50,789 nucleotides of DNA from a virus (lineage: Duplodnaviria; Caudoviricetes), in IMG/VR virus record IMGVR_UViG_3300037457_000049, positions 1 to 50,789 of that record, one strand, 5' to 3'. Below are positions 17,138 through 24,627 of the stretch, one piece after another; the stretch's first letter is position 1; each line of letters opens with the position of its first letter. The position numbers and the translations under genes were made by a program. Under the pieces are notes generated by a model. It did no database searches. It was not told the origin of the DNA and was given only the letters and a program-made list of their open reading frames with translations.

Positions 17138-17445
17138 GCAAGGAACCGACGCATGTTGTGCAGGCCCGTAATGAGCTGGCGAACGCGGAGGCGTACGGCC
17201 AGCGTGACCGGGTGCGCGCGGCGGAGAAGGTGCTGGCGGCGGCCGGTCTGCGTAAGGCTGCCGCCGCGGATGAGGACGAGGCGCGGCAGCGTGCGCCGGA
17301 GGGTCGCAGTGCCGCGCCGCGGGTGACCGCCGACAACGCCGTGGTGCGGGAGTGGGCGGCGCGTGCCGGCTACGAGGTGTCGGCTCGGGGGAAGATCCCG
17401 GACGACGTGCTGACTGCGTACTCCCGGGCGCATGGGGGTCAGTGA
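17134..17445 (+). CDS. Small protein with C-terminal Lsr2-like DNA-binding domain
   Basis: NAVVREWAARAGYEVSARGKIPDDVLTAY matches the Lsr2 C-terminal pattern; N-terminus unlike the Lsr2 dimerisation domain. Confidence 0.8.
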   Translation: MSKEPTHVVQARNELANAEAYGQRDRVRAAEKVLAAAGLRKAAAADEDEARQRAPEGRSAAPRVTADNAVVREWAARAGYEVSARGKIPDDVLTAYSRAHGGQ

Positions 17446-17555
17446 TGGAGCCGGCCCAGGTGACCGCGCGGATTGACCTGTCGCTGGCTGGAGTGGGCGA
17501 GCCGGAGCCGGAGCCCATCGACCAGCCCGAACCCGAGGAGTGCACCGATGAGTGA
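17445..17555 (+). CDS. 36-aa acidic microprotein
   Basis: TGATG coupling upstream, overlaps next start. Confidence 0.5.
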   Translation: MEPAQVTARIDLSLAGVGEPEPEPIDQPEPEECTDE

Positions 17556-17886
17556 CCCGATTCTGCGCAACGCTGCCGCCGACGCGGCGGCGGCCAACCT
17601 GGAAGGCGCGTTTTACTCCATCCACGACGGAGGCACGGCCGGTGACGAGGTCAGTAACGAGCGGCTGGCCCCGGATTACAACACCGCGTCGGGCGGCGTG
17701 GCCGCGCTGAACGCGACCCTGTCGTTCACCGGTACCGGCAGCGCTGCCGTGTCACATCTGGCCTGCTGGACGACCGGCACCGTCGGCACCGGCACGTTCC
17801 GCTTCGCGGTGCTGCTCGCCGGAGACCCGACCTTCAATGCCGCAGGCGAAATCGACCTCACCGCCGCGCCGATCACCGTCACCTGA
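17548..17886 (+). CDS. Small virion fibre/whisker-associated protein
   Basis: RBS GAGGAG; Gly/Thr/Ala-rich beta protein within the structural operon. Confidence 0.6.
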   Translation: MSDPILRNAAADAAAANLEGAFYSIHDGGTAGDEVSNERLAPDYNTASGGVAALNATLSFTGTGSAAVSHLACWTTGTVGTGTFRFAVLLAGDPTFNAAGEIDLTAAPITVT

Positions 17887-17896
17887 GGAGGAACAA

Positions 17897-18193
17897 ATGG
17901 CCGCTGGGTACGCAGCTCTGACGACGAAGGACCAGGTCAACCAGACCATCGGCCGGATCGCGGTGCAGCTTCGGGAGCTGTTCGACGCCGTCGAGCAGTT
18001 CAACGCGTTCTTTCAGGCGCGGGGGGCGACTGGGCTGGAGACGGAGTTTGGTTTCGCGAGCGCCGATGCGAACCTGATCGGCACGGTCAACAACGACTTC
18101 GAGCAGCTACGGCAGATCTACCTGGGCGCTCAGGCGCTCGCGTCGGCGAAGGACTTCCGCGCATTCTCCGACGACGTCGAGGGTCTGCGGTAG
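17897..18193 (+). CDS. Hypothetical helical protein
   Basis: RBS GAGGAGG; within the structural operon. Confidence 0.7.
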   Translation: MAAGYAALTTKDQVNQTIGRIAVQLRELFDAVEQFNAFFQARGATGLETEFGFASADANLIGTVNNDFEQLRQIYLGAQALASAKDFRAFSDDVEGLR

Positions 18194-18204
18194 GGGCCTG
18201 ACCG

Positions 18205-20997
18205 GTGCCGACCGTCCGGCGGCTGGACGCCGACGATGCTGTCGTCTTCGCCGCCGGGTTAGGCGGCGTCGACAGCTTCGCCTTCGGCGCGCTTGCGTTC
18301 TTGTTCCGGCCACTGGCCGCCTACGACTCCACAAACAGGACGCTGCTGGCCGCCTACGACTCGACCGGCGCCCAGGTCGGGAAGATCGCACTCAGCACGG
18401 CCAACAAGGTTCAGTGGTTCACCGGCGGCTCGGGCGGCAACGGGCCGACCGCCACCGCCGGCGACTGGCACGCGCTGATAGTCCGCAAGGTCACCGGCAC
18501 CGCGCAGGTCCGGTTCAGCCTCCTGAACGTTGCCAGCGGTTGGACCCACGTCGACACCGCGGGTACGTTCGGCGACTGGACAGCGCCGACCGGTGGGACC
18601 TGGAGCACGTCCGACATCACGTTTGGCTGGGGTCCGGGTTCCGACCTGGCCGCCATGGCGGTATGGGCGAACGTGCTGCCGTGGGCGGCCGACACGTTCG
18701 GTGACGCCGAGATCGAGGCGGCCGGACTGGAAGGCCACCTCAACAACTGGCAGACCGCGGCCCCGACGGCAGGGTGGGCGTTCTTCCAGCCCGACGTCAA
18801 CGTCAACATCGAAGACTGGACCCTCGACCGGGCCGACGAGATTTCGGTAGCTGTCGGCGCCGCGGTGAACGCGACCGACCTGGATTTCCAGTATGAGGAC
18901 ACCGGCCTCGCCATCGTCTCGCGTAACTTCCTGCGCAACACACAGGACGAGCCGGGCGCTGGCGGCACGGTCTTTGACCTGTCGGAGGACCCGGGCACCG
19001 CAACCACGCTCGGCTCGGGTAGCACGTCATCCGGCGGCTACACGAAGATGCTCGAATGGGTGCGGACGGTGGGGACCGCGGTCGGCTCGGCCACGATCTC
19101 CACCCAGTTGCAGGTCACCGCCGTGTCCGCGGCCACCCTGGCCTACAAGTGGCAGGTCCACCGTTACAACTCGGCCGGGGTGCTTCAGGCTGACTCCGAC
19201 TTCTCCGGCGAGCACAACACCGTCGGGATCAAGGTCGCGACGCTGACCCTGGCCACGACCTGGTCGGCTGGTGACCGGCTGGGGTACTCGCTGTGGCTGC
19301 GCAAGGCCAGCGGCGGCGGCAGCCGGAACATCACCATCGCGGTCAACGACCCCGACTCGTGGGCCGAGTACGAGGTGGCGGTCATACCCCCCGCCATCGT
19401 CACCGCCTCGATCCCGCTGGCCGTCGCGGTTGCGCCGGCTGTGGCCGCCGACCATGCGGTCACCGCCGACATCCCGCTGGCCGTGGCGGTCGCCCCGACC
19501 GTCGCGGCGCCAAGCGCCACCGGGCTGGTCTCCGGTGAGGTGTCCATCAACCCGGCGACGCTGAGCTGCGCCGTGGGTGAGCGGCTGGTCTGCATCGCCT
19601 GGTCCCGCGGTGGCGGCACCAGCTTCGGTGTGACACCGGATGCGGGCGGGTCCAGCTGGACCAACCGGGTGGTCGAGGCCACACTGCCGACCAACGACCT
19701 GGCCCGCCGCTCCGTGGGCGTGGCCGAGCTCGTGCCCGCGTCCGAGGTGGTCGGCGGCGTGTTCACGGCGGCCTGGTCGGGCGATGCCACCGACGCGATC
19801 TGGCTGCGGGTCCAGGAGGGCGGCAGCTTCGGCTTCGCCGCCGCTGCGGTGGCCGACTCCGACACCAGCTTTGTGACGAGCCTGGCCACCGGGGACACGG
19901 CGAGCATCCCGGCCGGGGACCTGCTGCTGGTCGCTGCTGCGGCGATCCGCGACGGTGGTGCGGCCGGCACCAGCTGGGCCAACGCGGACATCAACCCGGG
20001 GCTGGTCGGCGGCGGGAACCTGCTGCTGGACGGCTACGCGGGCAAGGGCGCCGGCGGCAACGGCGGCGTGGCCGGCTACCTGATCCTGGACGGCCAGGGC
20101 GCCGGGGTCCGCGCGGACACGCTCACCCTGCCCGGTGGTGACGCGGCCAAACAGATCAGCGTGGCGCTGGTGGTGTGGTCCACCGGCGTGACCAGCACGC
20201 CTGAGGTGACCGCTGCTATCCCGCTGGCTGTGGCGGTCGCCGCGACTGCTGAGGCCGAGCACCAGGCGACCGCCGACGTGGACCTGGCGGTCACGGTCGC
20301 CGCCGCCGTCGAGACCGACCACGCCGTTACCGCGGCCGTGCCGCTGGCCCTCGACGTTGCGGCGGTGGTCGACGCACCGGCCGGCGCCAGTGAGGTGACC
20401 GCGGGCATCGGCCTGTCGGTGGCTGTTGCCGGCACGGCCGCGGCGGAGCACCGGGTGACCGCCGACGTGCCACTGTCGGTTGCCACCGCTGCCACCGCCA
20501 CCGCGCAGCACCAGGTCGCCGCCGCGGTTCCGCTCCAGCTGGACGTGGCCGCTGTCGTCGTCGCGCCGGTGGTCGGCGCCCCCGGCCAGGTCACGGCCGC
20601 GGTGCCGCTGAGCCTGGCCGTGGTCGCGACCACGGCCACCGGCTACCAGGCGGCCGCCGGGATTCCGCTGGCGTTGTCGGTCGCGCCGGTGGTCGAGGCG
20701 CCCGAGGTGGTGCTTCCCGGTCAGGTCGGTGCGACGATCCCGCTCGCCCTGTCCCTGGTGGCCACCACCGCGACCGGCTACCTGGCCACGGCCGCGGTGC
20801 CGCTGTCGCTGTCGGTCGGCGCGGTCGGTGGCGCCGGCCACGCGGTGGTCGCCGACGTGCCGCTCGGTCTGGCGTTGGGTGCGACGGTGGCGGCGTTCGA
20901 CCCGACCCGACCCGGGACCGCCACGCTGGTCGCGTCCCGTACCGCCAGCGTCACCGTCATCGCCCAGCGGGTGCCGACCTCAGGAGGTGTCACGTGA
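18205..20997 (+). CDS. 930-aa putative head/neck fibre: LamG-like N-terminus and ~20-aa Ala/Val repeats
   Basis: GDWHALIVRK (LamG-like); about 13 repeats of VTAxxPLxxxV; lies between capsid and adaptor genes. Confidence 0.65.
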   Translation: MPTVRRLDADDAVVFAAGLGGVDSFAFGALAFLFRPLAAYDSTNRTLLAAYDSTGAQVGKIALSTANKVQWFTGGSGGNGPTATAGDWHALIVRKVTGTAQVRFSLLNVASGWTHVDTAGTFGDWTAPTGGTWSTSDITFGWGPGSDLAAMAVWANVLPWAADTFGDAEIEAAGLEGHLNNWQTAAPTAGWAFFQPDVNVNIEDWTLDRADEISVAVGAAVNATDLDFQYEDTGLAIVSRNFLRNTQDEPGAGGTVFDLSEDPGTATTLGSGSTSSGGYTKMLEWVRTVGTAVGSATISTQLQVTAVSAATLAYKWQVHRYNSAGVLQADSDFSGEHNTVGIKVATLTLATTWSAGDRLGYSLWLRKASGGGSRNITIAVNDPDSWAEYEVAVIPPAIVTASIPLAVAVAPAVAADHAVTADIPLAVAVAPTVAAPSATGLVSGEVSINPATLSCAVGERLVCIAWSRGGGTSFGVTPDAGGSSWTNRVVEATLPTNDLARRSVGVAELVPASEVVGGVFTAAWSGDATDAIWLRVQEGGSFGFAAAAVADSDTSFVTSLATGDTASIPAGDLLLVAAAAIRDGGAAGTSWANADINPGLVGGGNLLLDGYAGKGAGGNGGVAGYLILDGQGAGVRADTLTLPGGDAAKQISVALVVWSTGVTSTPEVTAAIPLAVAVAATAEAEHQATADVDLAVTVAAAVETDHAVTAAVPLALDVAAVVDAPAGASEVTAGIGLSVAVAGTAAAEHRVTADVPLSVATAATATAQHQVAAAVPLQLDVAAVVVAPVVGAPGQVTAAVPLSLAVVATTATGYQAAAGIPLALSVAPVVEAPEVVLPGQVGATIPLALSLVATTATGYLATAAVPLSLSVGAVGGAGHAVVADVPLGLALGATVAAFDPTRPGTATLVASRTASVTVIAQRVPTSGGVT

Positions 20998-21839
20998 TTG
21001 ATCTCGGTGACCCTTATCAGGTTGCGGTGGCTATCCGCGACTCGGACGGTGTGCTGACCGACCCGGCCACCGCCACGCTGACGATCACCCTGCCGGACCT
21101 GACCGCGGTCACGCCGTCGGTGCCGGCGCCGGCCGAGACGGGCATTCTGCGGGTCGACTACCTGACCGTGCAGGCCGGTCCGCACCGGTGGCGGCTGACC
21201 ACCACCGGCCCGGTGACCGCCCACGCGGACATGTTCGACGTCCGAGACGCGGCCCCCGCACTGTTGTTTTCGCTGGTAGATGCGAAAAAGCACCTGAACA
21301 TCCCACCCGACCGGACCACCGACGACGAGGAGCTGCGCCTGTTCGTGGAGGCGGTGACCGAGGTGGTGGAGCGGGATCCGGAGTGGGGTGTCGGGCCGGT
21401 GGTGGCGCGGACCTACGTCGACCGGATCCACCCGTGTGACACCCGCGCGTTGCTGCTGCGGCACCGGCCGGTGCTGGCCATCACCTCGGTGGTCGCGGTG
21501 CTGGACGGCGGCACCGACTACGACCCGGCCGAGCTCGACGTGGACGAGCAGGCCGGCATCGTCATCCGCAAGGCTGCACGCGGGTTGTGGTTCACCGGCG
21601 GGCCGTGGACCGTGACCTACCTGGCCGGGCGGCGGCAGGTGCCGGCGAACATCAGCCACGCCGGGCGGATCATTCTCCAGCACATCTGGTCGACCCAGCG
21701 GAGCCGGGACATCCGCCGGCCGCCGGCAGCGCTCGCCTCCGACATGACTGAGGTGCGTGGCGGCGGGATGACGTTCTCGGTGCCACGCCGGGCGGTTGAG
21801 CTGCTCGGCGCCGACGCCCAGGCCGGCGGGTTCGCGTGA
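20994..21839 (+). CDS. Head-to-tail adaptor with extra N-terminal beta domain
   Basis: SLVDAKKHLNI...DDEELRLF, VTYLAG...VP; RBS AGGAGG. Confidence 0.8.
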   Translation: MIDLGDPYQVAVAIRDSDGVLTDPATATLTITLPDLTAVTPSVPAPAETGILRVDYLTVQAGPHRWRLTTTGPVTAHADMFDVRDAAPALLFSLVDAKKHLNIPPDRTTDDEELRLFVEAVTEVVERDPEWGVGPVVARTYVDRIHPCDTRALLLRHRPVLAITSVVAVLDGGTDYDPAELDVDEQAGIVIRKAARGLWFTGGPWTVTYLAGRRQVPANISHAGRIILQHIWSTQRSRDIRRPPAALASDMTEVRGGGMTFSVPRRAVELLGADAQAGGFA

Positions 21840-22294
21840 GCACCATCCCGGCGGTGTTGGACGCGTTGGTGGCTGCGGTGCGGGCGGTGATGCCGGACGT
21901 GCAGGTGTGCGACGGGCAGCCGGTGGAGGACCTGGCCGATGAGGTGGTGGTGGTCGGCTGGCAGATGGAGCGGGCGGCCGTGTCGGTGGACTGGCACCGG
22001 CAGGACGCCGGCGGCATGGTCGACCGGGAGGTCTACGACGTGGCCGGGCTGATCTCCGTGGTCACCGGCGACACGACGACCAAGCCGGTGCGGGACCGGG
22101 CTTTCGAGCTTTGGGCTCTACTGGTGGCCGAGCTGCGCCGCGACCCGACCCTGGGCGTGGCGGGTGTGATGCGGGCGCGGCCGTTCGTGGCCGCGTTCGA
22201 CCAGGTTCAGACCTCAGGTGATGACGTGTCGGCCGGTGGTGCGTCGGCGACGATCTCCTGGGTCGTTTTGGTCGACGCGTTCGACGGCGGCTGA
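21836..22294 (+). CDS. Tail terminator-like protein
   Basis: STIPAVLDAL...VCDGQP...LRRDPTLG; position. Confidence 0.65.
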   Translation: MSTIPAVLDALVAAVRAVMPDVQVCDGQPVEDLADEVVVVGWQMERAAVSVDWHRQDAGGMVDREVYDVAGLISVVTGDTTTKPVRDRAFELWALLVAELRRDPTLGVAGVMRARPFVAAFDQVQTSGDDVSAGGASATISWVVLVDAFDGG

Positions 22295-22296
22295 GC

Positions 22297-22713
22297 GTGC
22301 CGGTCACCGGGGTCAGTGAGCTACGCAGGCTGATCGTCGACCTGGGCGCGTTGCCGGCCGACATCCGCCGGGAGCTGGCGCCCGAGTTCGTGCGCGCCGC
22401 CCAGCCGATCCTGGCCGACGCGCGGGGCCGGGCGAGCTGGTCGACCCGGATCCCCGGGTCGTTGCGGGTGCGCGCCAGCCGCTCCCGGAAGCGGCCGGGT
22501 GTCCAGTTCGTGGCGTCGGCCGCGCTGGCCACCCACGCGCGGCTGTACGAGTTCGGCCCGTTCAAACATCCGGTGTACGGCCACCGGGACCGGTGGGTGA
22601 CCCAGGACGCCCGGCCGTTCCTGCTGCCGGCGATCCGCGCGGGCCGGGACGAGTTTGTCCGGGCGGCTGACCGGGCGGTGGTAACGGCGGCGCGTAGACG
22701 GGGCTGGCGATGA
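22297..22713 (+). CDS. HK97 gp10-like tail completion protein
   Basis: GVSELRR, HARLYEFG, RPFLLPA. Confidence 0.75.
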   Translation: MPVTGVSELRRLIVDLGALPADIRRELAPEFVRAAQPILADARGRASWSTRIPGSLRVRASRSRKRPGVQFVASAALATHARLYEFGPFKHPVYGHRDRWVTQDARPFLLPAIRAGRDEFVRAADRAVVTAARRRGWR

Positions 22714-22726
22714 TCAGGAGGAGAGC

Positions 22727-23047
22727 ATGGCGACAGTGAGCACGGAGCCGGTCCCGACGACCGGCCTTGAGGCGACCGCGAACGCGGCCACCGGTGGCGC
22801 CGGTGACAAGGTGCGGCCCGACAGCATCATCCGGGTCATCAACGCCTCGGGTGGCAGCGTCACCATGACGATGGTCACGCCCCAGACGGTGGACGGCGAC
22901 CTGGCGGTGGCTGACCGGACGGTGGCGGTGCCGGCTGGTGAGGCCCGCTACATCCGGGCGACCGCCACCTACCGGAACCCGGCCGATGGCCTGGTGACCA
23001 TCACCTGGTCGGCCACCGCGGACGTCACGTTTGAGGTGATCTCCTGA
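22727..23047 (+). CDS. Probable virion structural protein (beta-sandwich)
   Basis: RBS AGGAGG; position before the tail tube gene. Confidence 0.65.
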   Translation: MATVSTEPVPTTGLEATANAATGGAGDKVRPDSIIRVINASGGSVTMTMVTPQTVDGDLAVADRTVAVPAGEARYIRATATYRNPADGLVTITWSATADVTFEVIS

Positions 23048-23241
23048 TGGCCTGGATCACCCACCCTCAGCTCGACGGGCGGCTGGTGGAGGTGCCCGAC
23101 TCGGCGGTGATGGTGTGGGCTGCCGCCGGCTGGCAGGAGACCGACCCGCCCGCGCCGCCGACCCCGCCCGAGCCCGAGCCGGTCACCAGCCGGCGCCGCA
23201 AGAGCCAGCCGGCCGGACCGGCACCGACCACTGAGGAGTAG
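23047..23241 (+). CDS. Small hypothetical protein
   Basis: TGATG coupling; 64 aa. Confidence 0.65.
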   Translation: MAWITHPQLDGRLVEVPDSAVMVWAAAGWQETDPPAPPTPPEPEPVTSRRRKSQPAGPAPTTEE

Positions 23242-23243
23242 CA

Positions 23244-23747
23244 ATGCCAGCCACACCGATCACCGCGGCGGTCCGGTACATCCACCCCGGCGTGTCCAAG
23301 ATGTATTTCCTGACCGCTATCGCGGCGGCGACCACACTGCAGGCGACCCGGACCGAGCTGGACGCCGGTACCGATCTGTCCCCGGAGCTGCGGGCGACCT
23401 CCGGGTGGAACGTGTCGAGCAACATCGTCGATGCGCCGGACGCCGGCTCCGCCTTCACCTCCAAGGTGATCGGCCGGACCACGGCCGAGAACAGCACCGC
23501 GACGTTCTACATGACGAAGACCGGCGCGGACGCGTTGCGTGCCCTGCTTCCCCGGGGTACGACCGGGTTCGTGGTCTTCTGCTGGGGCGGTGACGTGGCG
23601 GCCAACCTCGCAGACACGTTCCCGGTCACCGTCGCGTCCGCGGCCAAGTCCGTGGACCTGGCCGGTGAGGACCCGGCCAACGTGGTGGTGTCCTTCGCGA
23701 TCACGCGGACGCCTGCCATCGACTGGGCGCTGCCGGCGCTGGTCTGA
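23244..23747 (+). CDS. Major tail (tube) protein
   Basis: TRTELDAGTDLS...GW...GTTGFVV...GGD...FPV; directly upstream of the tail assembly chaperone. Confidence 0.85.
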   Translation: MPATPITAAVRYIHPGVSKMYFLTAIAAATTLQATRTELDAGTDLSPELRATSGWNVSSNIVDAPDAGSAFTSKVIGRTTAENSTATFYMTKTGADALRALLPRGTTGFVVFCWGGDVAANLADTFPVTVASAAKSVDLAGEDPANVVVSFAITRTPAIDWALPALV

Positions 23748-24310
23748 TGGCTCAGCGTAAGAAGTCGGCCGGGGCTGGCCGCAGCCAGCGGGAGCGGCTG
23801 CTCAGCCGGCCCCGGCCGTCGCTGCCGTACCCGATCCGCGTCGCCGACCCGACCGAGGCGCGGCAGCGGTTGGCGGAGGTGCAGCAGCACGCGCGGCAGT
23901 CGCTGCTGCGTCACGACAAGGATTCGCCGGAGTACCGGGCTGCCCAGGGGCGGGTGGCTGAGGCTGAGGCGGTCGTTGACGCCTGCTACGCGACGGTGAT
24001 GATCACCGCGCTTCACCCGGCCGTCTACGAGGCGCTGAAGGCCGACCACCCGCCGAAGCCGGGGCCTGCAGGGGATGGCGACCCGGCGGACGTGGAGGTC
24101 GACACGTTCGTGCCTGCGGTGTTGGCGGCGGGCACCGACGCGGGGATGTCGGCCGAGGACTGGGCTGCGTTCCTGGCCGAGCACTGCTCGGACGGTGAGC
24201 GTCAGGAGCTGCGGGTGCTGGTGCTCGGCCTGAATGAGCGGGCGCGGTTCGTGGATTCGGTGGTGCTCCCAAAAGGCTTGACCGGGATGCCCAGCTGGCC
24301 CTTGAGCTGA
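23747..24310 (+). CDS. Tail assembly chaperone (gpG-like)
   Basis: Between tube and TMP genes; slippery C CCA AAA near its 3' end. Confidence 0.85.
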   Translation: MAQRKKSAGAGRSQRERLLSRPRPSLPYPIRVADPTEARQRLAEVQQHARQSLLRHDKDSPEYRAAQGRVAEAEAVVDACYATVMITALHPAVYEALKADHPPKPGPAGDGDPADVEVDTFVPAVLAAGTDAGMSAEDWAAFLAEHCSDGERQELRVLVLGLNERARFVDSVVLPKGLTGMPSWPLS

Positions 24311-24627
24311 GGGTCTGCCGGGCCTACCAGATCCCCCACTCGGCGTTTCTGTCCTGGTCGGCCGACGACCGGGCTAAAGCGATCTGGGAGTTCGTCCGCT
24401 CGGCGGAGACCTGCCCGGGTTGTGGCACCCGCGCGGCAGAGTGGAAGCCCGAGCTGGGTGGGCACCCGGCGGCGCATCTGCCGAAGCTGGAGCTGTGCCA
24501 CGGCTGCGAGCAGCTGGAGAACATGCGCGCGTCGTTGGCGCACCGTGACCCGGCCGAGGTGCGTGGGGTGCACGTGAGGCTGGTCCGCAACGAGGAGGTG
24601 CGCCGTGCCGGGAACGATGCGGCGTGA
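24268..24627 (+). CDS. -1 frameshift extension of the tail assembly chaperone (gpGT-like)
   Basis: CCCAAAA at 24268-24274; -1 frame reads RLDRDAQLALEL...CPGC...CHGC...NDAA to TGA 24627. Confidence 0.8.
   Translation, partial: PKRLDRDAQLALELRVCRAYQIPHSAFLSWSADDRAKAIWEFVRSAETCPGCGTRAAEWKPELGGHPAAHLPKLELCHGCEQLENMRASLAHRDPAEVRGVHVRLVRNEEVRRAGNDAA

Noticed and set aside
8932-20841. Long minus-strand ORFs (e.g. 8932-10401, 11434-13095, 19027-20841)
   Set aside because: Antisense shadows of real genes, expected at high GC; Arg/His/Pro-rich with no motifs.
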